Origin: the human T2T-CHM13v2.0 reference genome, Homo sapiens
DNA: 64,000 bases
NCBI RefSeq assembly: GCF_009914755.1
Contig: NC_060926.1
Reading direction: 5' to 3' (one strand)
Below the pieces are notes generated by a model. It was not told the origin of the DNA and searched no databases. It worked only from the letters and a program-made list of their open reading frames with translations. This document shows positions 38,315-50,300 of this stretch, piece by piece (within the stretch, counting starts at the first letter, position 1; each line of letters starts with the position of its first letter). Both the position numbers and the translations under genes were made by a program.

Positions 38315-41300
38315 TCTAGACAGAAGCATTCTCAGAAGCTTCATTGGGATGTTTCAATTGAAGTCACAGTGTTGAACAGTCCCTTTCATAGAGCAGGTTT
38401 GAAACACTCTTTTTGTAGTATCTGGAAGTGGACATTTGGAGGGCTCTCAGGACTGCGGTGAAAAAGGAACTATCTTCCAATAAAAGCTAGATAGAAGCAA
38501 TGTCAGAAACTTTTTCATGATGTATCTACTCAGCTAACAGAGTTGAACCTTCCTTTGAGAGAGCAGTTTTGAAACACTCTTTTTGTGGAATCTGCAAGTG
38601 GATATTTGTCTAGCTTTGAGGATTTCGTTGGAAACGGGATTACATATAAAAAGCAGACAGCAGCATTCCCAGAAACTTCTTTGTGATGTTTGCATTTAAG
38701 TCACAGAGTGGAACATTCCGTTTCATAGAGCAGGTTTGAAACACTCTTTTTGTAGTATCTGGATGTGGACATTTGCAGCGCTTTCAGGCATAAGGTGAAA
38801 AAGGAAATATCTTCCCCTGAAAACTAGACAGAAGCATTCTCAGAAACTTATTTGTGATGTGCGCCCTCAACTAACAGTGTTGAAGCTTTCTTTTGATAGA
38901 GCAGTTTTGAAACACTCTTTTTGTAATATCTGCAAGAGGATATTTGGATAGCTTTGAGGATTTCGTTGGAAACGGGATTGTCTTCATATAAACTCTAGAC
39001 AGAAGCATTCTCAGAAGCTTCATTGGGATGTTTCAATTGAAGTCACAGTGTTGAACAGTCCCTTTCATAGAGCAGGTTTGAAACACTCTTTTTGTAGTAT
39101 CTGGAAGTGGACATTTGGAGAGATCTCAGGAATACGGTGATAAAGGAAATATCTTCCAATAAAAGCTAGATAGAAGCAATGTCAGAAACTTTTTCATGAT
39201 GTATCTACTCAGCTAACAGAGTTGAACCTTTCTTTTGAGAGAGCAGTTTTGAAACACTCTTTTTGTGGAATCTGCAAGTGGATATTTGTCTAGCTTTGAG
39301 GATTTCGTTGGAAACGGGATTACATATAAAAAGCAGACAGCAGCATTCCCAGTAACTTCTTTGTGATGTTTGCATTCAAGTCACAGAGTTGAACATTCCC
39401 TTTCATAGAGCAGTTTTGAAACACTCTTTTTGTAGTATCTGGATGTGGACATTTGGAGCGCTTTCAGGCCTATGGTGAAAAAGGAAATATCTTCCCCTGA
39501 AAACTAGACAGAAGCATTCTCAGAAACTTATTTGTGATGTGCGCCCTCAACTAACGGTGTTGAACCTTTCTTTTGATAGAGCAGTTTTGAAACACTCTTT
39601 TTGTAATATCTGCAAGAGGATATTTGGATAGCTTTGAGGATTTCGATGGAAACGGGATTGTCTTCATATAAACTCTAGACAGAAGCATTCTCAGAAGCTT
39701 CATTGGGATGTTTCAATTGAAGTCACAGTGTTGATCAGTCCCTTTCATAGAGCAGGTTTGAAACACTCTTTTTGTAGTATCTGGAAGTGGACATTTGGAG
39801 AGATCTCAGGAATACGGTGATAAAGGAAATATCTTCCAATAAAAGCTAGATAGAAGCAATGTCAGAAACTTTTTCATGATGTATCTACTCAGCTAACAGA
39901 GTTGAACCTTTCTTTTGAGAGAGCAGTTTTGAAACACTCTTTTTGTGGAATCTGCAAGTGGATATTTGTCTAGCTTTGAGGATTTCGTTGGAAACGGGAT
40001 TACATATAAAAAGCAGACAGCAGCATTCCCAGAAACTTCTTTGTGATGTTTGCATTCAAGTCACAGAGTTGAACATTCCCTTTCATAGAGCAGGTTTGAA
40101 ACACTCTTTTTGTAGTATCTGGATGTGGACATTTGCAGCGCTTTCAGGCCTATGGTGAAAAAGGAAATATCTTCCCCTGAAAACTAGACAGAAGCATTCT
40201 CAGAAACTTATTTGTGATGTGCGCCCTCAACTAACAGTGTTGAACCTTTCTTTTGATAGAGCAGTTTTGAAACACTCTTTTTGTAATATCTGCAAGAGGA
40301 TATTTGGATAGCTTTGAGGATTTCGTTGGAAACGGGATTGACTTCATATAAACTCTAGACAGAAGCATTCTCAGAAGCTTCATTGGGATGTTTCAATTGA
40401 AGTCACAGTGTTGAACAGTTCCTTTCATAGAACAGGTTTGAAACACTCTTTTTGTAGTATCTGGAAGTGGACATTTGGAGCGCTCTAAGGACTATGGTGA
40501 AAAAGGAAATATCTTCCAATAAAAGCTACATAGAAGCAATGTCAGAAACTTTTTCATGATGTATCTACTCAGCTAACAGAGTTGAACCTTTCCTTTGAGA
40601 GAGCAGTTTTGAAACTCTCTTTTTGTGGAATCTGCAAGTGGATATTTGTCTAGCTTTGAGGATTTCGTTGGAAACGGGATTACATAAAAAAGCAGACAGC
40701 AGCATTCCCAGAAACTTCTTTGTGAAGTTTGCATTCAAGTCACAGAGTTGAACATTCCCTTTCATAGAGCAGGTTTGAAACACTCTTTTTGTCGTATCTG
40801 TATGTGGACATTTGGAGCGCTTTCAGGCCTATGGTGAAAAAGGAAATATCTTCCCCTGAAAACTAGACAGAAGCATTCTCAGAATCTTATTGGTGATGTG
40901 CACCCTCAACTAACAGTGTTGAAGCTTTCTTTTGATAGAGCAGTTTTGAAACACTCTTTTTGTAAAATCTGCAAGAGTATATTTGGATAGCTTTGAGGAT
41001 TTCGTTGGAAACGGGATTGTCTTCATATAAACTCTAGACAGAAGCATTCTCAGAAGCTTCATTGGGATGTTTCAATTGAAGTCACAGTGTTGAACAGTCC
41101 CTTTCATAGAGCAGGTTTGAAACACTCTTTTTGTAGTATCTGGAAGTGGACATTTAGAGCGCTCTCAGGACTGCGGTGAAAAAGGAAATATCTTCCAATA
41201 AAAGCTAGATAGAAGCAATGTCAGAAACTTTTTCATGATGTATCTACTCAGCTAACAGAGTTGAACCTTCCTTTGAGAGAGCAGTTTTGAAACACTCTTT

Positions 41301-44300
41301 TTGTGGAATCTGCAAGTGGATATTTGTCTAGCTTTGAGGATTTCGCTGGAAACCGGATTACATATAAAAAGCAGACAGCAGCATTCCCAGAAACTTCTTT
41401 GTGATGTTTGCATTCAAGTCACAGAGTTGAACATTCCCTTTCATAGAGCAGGTTTGTAACACTCTTTTTGTAGTATCTGTATACGGACATTTGCAGCGCT
41501 TCCAGGCCTAAGGTGAAAAAGGAAATATCTTCCCCTGAAAACTAGACAGAAGCATTCTCAGAAACTTATTTGTGATGTGCGCCCTCAACCAACAGTGTTG
41601 AAGCTTTCTTTTGACAGAGCAGTTTTGAAACACTCTTTTTGTGGAACCTGCAAGTGGATATTTGTCTAGCTTTGAGGATTTCGTTGGAAACGGGATTACA
41701 TATAAAAAGCAGACAGCAGCATTCCCAGAATCTTGTTTGTGATGTTTGCATTCAAGTCACAGAGTTGAACATTCCCTTTCAGAGAGCAGGTTTGAAACAC
41801 TCTTTTTATAGTATCTGGATGTGGACATTTGGAGCGCTTTCAGGCCTATGGTGAAAAAGGAAATATCTTCTCCTGAAAACTAGACAGAAGCATTCTCAGA
41901 ATCTTATTTGTGATGTGCGCCCTCAACTAACAGTGTTGAAGCTTTCTTTTGATAGAGCAGTTTTGAAACACTCTTTTTGTAATATCTGCAAGAGGATATT
42001 TGGATAGCTTTGAGGATTTCGTTGGAAACGGGATTGTCTTCATATAAACTCTAGACAGAAGCATTCTCAGAAGCTTCATTGGGATGTTTCAATTGAAGTT
42101 ACAGTGTTGAACAGTCCCTTTCATAGAGCAGGTTTGAAACACTCTTTTTGTAGTATCTGGATGTGGACATTTGGAGCGCTTTCAGGCCTATGGTTTAAAA
42201 GGAAATATCTTCCCCTGAAAACTAGACAGAAGCATTCTCAGAAACTTATTTGTGATGTGCGCCCTCAACTAACAGTGTTGAAGCATTCTTTTGATAGAGC
42301 AGTTTTGAAACACTCTTTTTGTGGAATCTGCAAGTGGATATTTGTCTAGCTTTGAGGATTTCGTTGGAAACGGGATTACATATAAAAAGCAGACAGCAGC
42401 ATTCCCAGAAACTTCTTTGTGATGTTTGCATTCACGTCACAGAGTTGAACATTCCCTTTCATAGAGCAGGTTTGAAACACTCTTTTTGTAGTATCTGGAT
42501 GTGGACATTTGGAGCGCTTTCAGGCCTATGGTGAAAAAGGAAATATCTTCCCCTGAAAACTAGACAGAAGCATTCTCAGAAACTTATTTGTGATGTGCGC
42601 CCTCAACTAACAGTGTTGAAGCTTTCTTTTGATAGAGCAGTTTTGAAACACTCTTTTTGTAATATCTGCAAGAGGATATTTGGATAGCTTTGAGGATTTC
42701 GTTGGAAACGGGATTAATTATAAAAAGCAGACAGCAGCATTCCCAGAATCTTGTTTGTGATGTTTGCATTCAAGTCACAGAGTTGTACATTCCCTTTCAG
42801 AGAGCAGGTTTGAAACACTCTTTTTATAGTATCTGGATGTGGACATTTGGAGCGCTTTCAGGCCTATGGTGAAAAAGGAAATATCTTCTCCTGAAAACTA
42901 GACAGAAGCATTCTCAGAATCTTATTTGTGATGTGCGCCCTCAACTAACAGTGTTGAAGCTTTCTTTTGATAGAGCAGTTTTGAAACACTCTTTTTGTAA
43001 AATCTGCAAGAGGATATTTGGATAGCTTTGAGGATTTCGTTGGAAACGGGATTGTCTTCCTATAAACTCTAGACAGAAGCATTCTCAGAAGCTTCATTGG
43101 GATGTTTCAATTGAAGTCACAGTGTTGAACAGTCCCTTTCATAGAGCAGGTTTGAAACACTCTTTTTGTAGTATCTGGAAGTGGACATTTGGAGCGCTCT
43201 CAGGACTGCGGTGAAAAAGGAACTATCTTCCAATAAAAGCTAGATAGAAGCAATGTCAGAAACTTTTTCATGATGTATCTACTCAGCTAACAGAGTTGAA
43301 CCTTCCTTTGAGAGAGCAGTTTTGAAACACTCTTTTTGTGGAATCTGCAAGTGGATATTTGTCTAGCTTTGAGGATTTCGTTGGAAACGGGATTACATAT
43401 AAAAAGCAGACAGCAGCATTCCCAGAAACTTCTTTGTGATGTTTGCATTCAAGTCACAGAGTGGAACATTCCGTTTCATAGAGCAGGTTTGAAACACTCT
43501 TTTTGTAGTATCTGGATGTGGACATTTGCAGCGCTTTCAGGCCTAAGGTGAAAAAGGAAATATCTTCCCCTGAAAACTAGACAGAAGCATTCTCAGAAAC
43601 TTATTTGTGATGTGCGCCCTCAACTAACAGTGTTGAAGCTTTCTTTTGATAGAGCAGTTTTGAAACACTCTTTTTGTAATATCTGCAAGAGGATATTTGG
43701 ATAGCTTTGAGGATTTCGTTGGAAACGGGATTGTCTTCATATAAACTCTAGACAGAAGCATTCTCAGAAGCTTCATTGGGATGTTTCAATTGAAGTCACA
43801 GTGTTGAACAGTCCCTTTCATAGAGCAGGTTTGAAACACTCTTTTTGTAGTATCTGGAAGTGGACATTTGGAGAGATCTCAGGAATACGGTGATAAAGGA
43901 AATATCTTCCAATAAAAGCTAGATAGAAGCAATGTCAGAAACTTTTTCATGATGTATCTACTCAGCTAACAGAGTTGAACCTTTCTTTTGAGAGAGCAGT
44001 TTTGAAACACTCTTTTTGTGGAATCTGCAAGTGGATATTTGTCTAGCTTTGAGGATTTCGTTGGAAACGGGATTACATATAAAAAGCAGACAGCAGCATT
44101 CCCAGTAACTTCTTTGTGATGTTTGCATTCAAGTCACAGAGTTGAACATTCCCTTTCATAGAGCAGTTTTGAAACACTCTTTTTGTAGTATCTGGATGTG
44201 GACATTTGGAGCGCTTTCAGGCCTATGGTGAAAAAGGAAATATCTTCCCCTGAAAACTAGACAGAAGCATTCTCAGAAACTTATTTGTGATGTGCGCCCT

Positions 44301-46700
44301 CAACTAACGGTGTTGAACCTTTCTTTTGATAGAGCAGTTTTGAAACACTCTTTTTGTAATATCTGCAAGAGGATATTTGGATAGCTTTGAGGATTTCGAT
44401 GGAAACGGGATTGTCTTCATATAAACTCTAGACAGAAGCATTCTCAGAAGCTTCATTGGGATGTTTCAATTGAAGTCACAGTGTTGATCAGTCCCTTTCA
44501 TAGAGCAGGTTTGAAACACTCTTTTTGTAGTATCTGGAAGTGGACATTTGGAGAGATCTCAGGAATACGGTGATAAAGGAAATATCTTCCAATAAAAGCT
44601 AGATAGAAGCAATGTCAGAAACTTTTTCATGATGTATCTACTCAGCTAACAGAGTTGAACCTTTCTTTTGAGAGAGCAGTTTTGAAACACTCTTTTTGTG
44701 GAATCTGCAAGTGGATATTTGTCTAGCTTTGAGGATTTCGTTGGAAACGGGATTACATATAAAAAGCAGACAGCAGCATTCCCAGAAACTTCTTTGTGAT
44801 GTTTGCATTCAAGTCACAGAGTTGAACATTCCCTTTCATAGAGCAGGTTTGAAACACTCTTTTTGTAGTATCTGGATGTGGACATTTGGAGCGCTTTCAG
44901 GCCTATGGTGAAAAAGGAAATATCTTCCCCTGAAAACTAGACAGAAGCATTCTCAGAAACTTATTTGTGATGTGCGCCCTCAACTAACAGTGTTGAACCT
45001 TTCTTTTGATAGAGCAGTTTTGAAACACTCTTTTTGTAATATCTGCAAGAGGATATTTGGATAGCTTTGAGGATTTCGTTGGAAACGGGATTGACTTCAT
45101 ATAAACTCTAGACAGAAGCATTCTCAGAAGCTTCATTGGGATGTTTCAATTGAAGTCACAGAGTTGAACAGTTCCTTTCATAGAACAGGTTTGAAACACT
45201 CTTTTTGTAGTATCTGGAAGTGGACATTTGGAGCGCTCTAAGGACTATGGTGAAAAAGGAAATATCTTCCAATAAAAGCTACATAGAAGCAATGTCAGAA
45301 ACTTTTTCATGATGTATCTACTCAGCTAACAGAGTTGAACCTTTCCTTTGAGAGAGCAGTTTTGAAACTCTCTTTTTGTGGAATCTGCAAGTGGATATTT
45401 GTCTAGCTTTGAGGATTTCGTTGGAAACGGGATTACATAAAAAAGCAGACAGCAGCATTCCCAGAAACTTCTTTGTGAAGTTTGCATTCAAGTCACAGAG
45501 TTGAACATTCCCTTTCATAGAGCAGGTTTGAAACACTCTTTTTGTAGTATCTGTATGTGGACATTTGGAGCGCTTTCAGGCCTATGGTGAAAAAGGAAAT
45601 ATCTTCCCCTGAAAACTAGACAGAAGCATTCTCAGAATCTTATTTGTGATGTGCACCCTCAACTAACAGTGTTGAAGCTTTCTTTTGATAGAGCAGTTTT
45701 GAAACACTCTTTTTGTAAAATCTGCAAGAGTATATTTGGATAGCTTTGAGGATTTCGTTGGAAACGGGATTGTCTTCATATAAACTCTAGACAGAAGCAT
45801 TCTCAGAAGCTTCATTGGGATGTTTCAATTGAAGTCACAGTGTTGAACAGTCCCTTTCATAGAGCAGGTTTGAAACACTCTTTTTGTAGTATCTGGAAGT
45901 GGACATTTAGAGCGCTCTCAGGACTGCGGTGAAAAAGGAAATATCTTCCAATAAAAGCTAGATAGAAGCAATGTCAGAAACTTTTTCATGATGTATCTAC
46001 TCAGCTAACAGAGTTGAACCTTCCTTTGAGAGAGCAGTTTTGAAACACTCTTTTTGTGGAATCTGCAAGTGGATATTTGTCTAGCTTTGAGGATTTCGCT
46101 GGAAACCGGATTACATATAAAAAGCAGACAGCAGCATTCCCAGAAACTTCTTTGTGATGTTTGCATTCAAGTCACAGAGTTGAACATTCCCTTTCATAGA
46201 GCAGGTTTGTAACACTCTTTTTGTAGTATCTGTATACGGACATTTGCAGCGCTTCCAGGCCTAAGGTGAAAAAGGAAATATCTTCCCCTGAAAACTAGAC
46301 AGAAGCATTCTCAGAAACTTATTTGTGATGTGCGCCCTCAACCAACAGTGTTGAAGCTTTCTTTTGACAGAGCAGTTTTGAAACACTCTTTTTGTGGAAC
46401 CTGCAAGTGGATATTTGTCTAGCTTTGAGGATTTCGTTGGAAACGGGATTACATATAAAAAGCAGACAGCAGCATTCCCAGAATCTTGTTTGTGATGTTT
46501 GCATTCAAGTCACAGAGTTGAACATTCCCTTTCAGAGAGCAGGTTTGAAACACTCTTTTTATAGTATCTGGATGTGGACATTTGGAGCGCTTTCAGGCCT
46601 ATGGTGAAAAAGGAAATATCTTCTCCTGAAAACTAGACAGAAGCATTCTCAGAATCTTATTTGTGATGTGCGCCCTCAACTAACAGTGTTGAAGCTTTCT
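37200..46700 (+). repeat. Tandem duplication, unit 4753 bp (28 monomers), two copies; junction at about 41903-41978
   Basis: The series 1018, 679, 680, 680, 679, 1017 occurs twice. ORF offsets 37351->42104, 40565->45318 and 41566->46319 are all 4753. Shared SNPs: TTGATCAGTC, CTCTAAGGAC, TCGATGG. Confidence 0.93.
41033..42049 (+). repeat. 6-mer HOR variant type W (A-B-C-hybridD/B-C'-D, 1017 bp); copies start at 41033, 45786, 54622
   Basis: XbaI spacing is 1017 bp. Markers: ATTTAGAGC, TTCGCTGGAAACCGGA, GTATACGGAC, CAACCAACAG, TTGACAGAG, GGAACCTGC. Confidence 0.9.
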
Positions 46701-46802
46701 TTTGATAGAGCAGTTTTGAAACACTCTTTTCGTAAAATCTGCAAGAGGATATTTTGATAGCTTTCAGGATTTCGTTGGAAACGGGATTGTCTTCATATAA
46801 AA

Positions 46803-47144
46803 TCTAGACAGAAGCATTCTGAGAAGCTTCATTGGGATGTTTCAATTGAAGTCACAGTGTTGAACAGTCCCTTTCATAGAGCAGGTTTGAAACACTCTTT
46901 TTGTAGTATCTGGAAGTGGACATTTGGAGAGATCTCAGGAATACGGTGATAAAGGAAATATCTTCCAATAAAAGCTACATAGAAGCAATGTCAGAAACTT
47001 TTTCATGATGTATCTACTCAGCTAACAGAGTTGAACCTTTCCTTTGAGAGAGCAGTTTTGAAACACTCTTTTTGTGGAATCTGCAAGTGGATATTTGTCT
47101 AGCTTTGAGGATTTCGTTGGAAACGGGATTGTCTTCATATAAAC
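46803..47144 (+). repeat. 2-mer HOR variant (A-B only, 342 bp)
   Basis: XbaI at 46803 and 47145. The B monomer end (GTCTAGC) plus its box is followed directly by A (TTGTCTTC) instead of C. Confidence 0.92.
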
Positions 47145-47399
47145 TCTAGACAGAAGCATTCTCAGAAGCTTCATTGGGATGTTTCAATTGAAGTCACAGT
47201 GTTGAACAGTCCCTTTCATAGAGCAGGTTTGAAACACTCTTTTTGTAGTATCTGGAAGTGGACATTTGGAGAGATCTCAGGAATACGGTGATAAAGGAAA
47301 TATCTTCCAATAAAAGCTAGATAGAAGCAATGTCAGAAACTTTTTCATGATGTATCTACTCAGCTAACAGAGTTGAACCTTTCTTTTGAGAGAGCAGTT

Positions 47400-50300
47400 T
47401 TGAAACACTCTTTTTGTGGAATCTGCAAGTGGATATTTGTCTAGCTTTGAGGATTTCGTTGGAAACGGGATTACATATAAAAAGCAGACAGCAGCATTCC
47501 CAGTAACTTCTTTGTGATGTTTGCATTCAAGTCACAGAGTTGAACATTCCCTTTCATAGAGCAGGTTTGAAACACTCTTTTTGTAGTATCTGGATGTGGA
47601 CATTTGCAGCGCTTTCAGGCCTACGGTGAAAAAGGAAATATCTTCCCCTGAAAACTAGACAGAAGCATTCTCAGAAACTTATTTGCGATGGGCGCCCTCA
47701 ACTAACAGTGTTGAAGCTTTCTTTTGATAGAGCAGTTTTGAAACACTCTTTTCGTAAAATCTGCAAGAGGATATTTGGATAGCTTTGAGGATTTCGTTGG
47801 AAACGGGATTGTCTTCATATAAACTCTAGACAGAAGCATTCTCAGAAGCTTCATTGGGATGTTTCAATTGAAGTCACAGTGTTGAACAGTCCCTTTCATA
47901 GAGCAGGTTTGAAACACTCTTTTTGTAGTATCTGGAAGTGGACATTTGGAGAGATCTCAGGAATACGGTGATAAAGGTAATATCTTCCAATAAAAGCTAG
48001 ATAGAAGCAATGTCAGAAACTTTTTCATGATGTATCTACTCAGCTAACAGAGTTGAACCTTTCTTTTGAGAGAGCAGTTTTGAAACACTCTTTTTGTGGA
48101 ATCTGCAAGTGGATATTTGTCTAGCTTTGAGGATTTCGTTGGAAACGGGATTACATATAAAAAGCAGACAGCAGCATTCCCAGTAACTTCTTTGTGATGT
48201 TTGCATTCAAGTCACAGAGTTGAACATTCCCTTTCATAGAGCAGGTTTGAAACACTTTTTTTGTAGTATCTGGATGTGGACATTTGGAGCGCTTTCAGGC
48301 CTATGGTGAAAAAGGAAATATCTTCCAATAAAAGCTACATAGAAGCAATGTCAGAAACTTTTTCATGATGTATCTACTCAGCTAACAGAGTTGAACCTTT
48401 CTTTTGAGAGAGCAGTTTTGAAACACTCTTTTTGTAAAATCTGCAAGAGGATATTTGGATAGCTTTGAGGATTTCGTTGGAAACGGGATTGTCTTCATAT
48501 AAACTCTAGACAGAAGCATTCTCAGAAGCGTCATTGGGATGTTTCAATTGAAGTCACACTGTTGAACAGTCCCTTTCATAGAGCAGGTTTGAAACACTCT
48601 TTTTGTAGTATCTGGATGTGGACATTTGGAGCGCTTTCAGGCCTATGGTTTAAAAGGAAATATATTCCCCTGAAAACTAGACAGAAGCATTCTCAGAAAC
48701 TTATTTGTGATGTGCGCTTTCAACTAACAGTGTTGAAGCATTCTTTTGATAGAGCAGTTTTGAAACACTCTTTTTGTGGAATCTGCAAGTGGATATTTGT
48801 CTAGCTTTGAGGATTTCGTTGGAAACGGGATTACATATAAAAAGCAGACAGCAGCATTCCCAGAAACTTCTTTGTGATGTTTGCATTCAAGTCACAGAGT
48901 TGAACATTCCCTTTCAGAGAGCAGGTTTGAAACACTCTTTTTGTAGTATCTGGATGTGGACATTTGGAGCGCTTTCAGCCCTATGGTGAAAAAGGAAATA
49001 TCTTCCCCTGAAAACTAGACAGAAGCATTCTCAGAATCTTATTTGTGATGTGCGCCCTCAACTAACAGTGTTGAAGCTTTCTTTTGATAGAGCAGTTTTG
49101 AAACACTCTTTTTGTAAAATCTGCAAGAGGATATTTGGATAGCTTTGAGGATTTCGTTGGAAACGGGATTGTCTTCCTATAAACTCTAGACAGAAGCATT
49201 CTCAGAAGCTTCATTGGGATGTTTCAATTGAAGTCACAGTGTTGAACAGTCCCTTTCATAGAGCAGGTTTGAAACACTCTTTTTGTAGTATCTGGAAGTG
49301 GACATTTGGAGCGCTCTCAGGACTGCGGTGAAAAAGGAACTATCTTCCAATAAAAGCTAGATAGAAGCAATGTCAGAAACTTTTTCATGATGTATCTACT
49401 CAGCTAACAGAGTTGAACCTTCCTTTGAGAGAGCAGTTTTGAAACACTCTTTTTGTGGAATCTGCAAGTGGATATTTGTCTAGCTTTGAGGATTTCGTTG
49501 GAAACGGGATTACATATAAAAAGCAGACAGCAGCATTCCCAGAAACTTCTTTGTGATGTTTGCATTCAAGTCACAGAGTGGAACATTCCGTTTCATAGAG
49601 CAGGTTTGAAACACTCTTTTTGTAGTATCTGGATGTGGACATTTGCAGCGCTTTCAGGCCTAAGGTGAAAAAGGAAATATCTTCCCCTGAAAACTAGACA
49701 GAAGCATTCTCAGAAACTTATTTGTGATGTGCGCCCTCAACTAACAGTGTTGAAGCTTTCTTTTGATAGAGCAGTTTTGAAACACTCTTTTTGTAATATC
49801 TGCAAGAGGATATTTGGATAGCTTTGAGGATTTCGTTGGAAACGGGATTGTCTTCATATAAACTCTAGACAGAAGCATTCTCAGAAGCTTCATTGGGATG
49901 TTTCAATTGAAGTCACAGTGTTGAACAGTCCCTTTCATAGAGCAGGTTTGAAACACTCTTTTTGTAGTATCTGGAAGTGGACATTTGGAGAGATCTCAGG
50001 AATACGGTGATAAAGGAAATATCTTCCAATAAAAGCTAGATAGAAGCAATGTCAGAAACTTTTTCATGATGTATCTACTCAACTAACAGAGTTGAACCTT
50101 TCTTTTGAGAGAGCAGTTTTGAAACACTCTTTTTGTGGAATCTGCAAGTGGATATTTGTCTAGCTTTGAGGATTTCGTTGGAAACGGGATTACATATAAA
50201 AAGCAGACAGCAGCATTCCCAGTAACTTCTTTGTGATGTTTGCATTCAAGTCACAGAGTTGAACATTCCCTTTCATAGAGCAGGTTTGAAACACTCTTTT

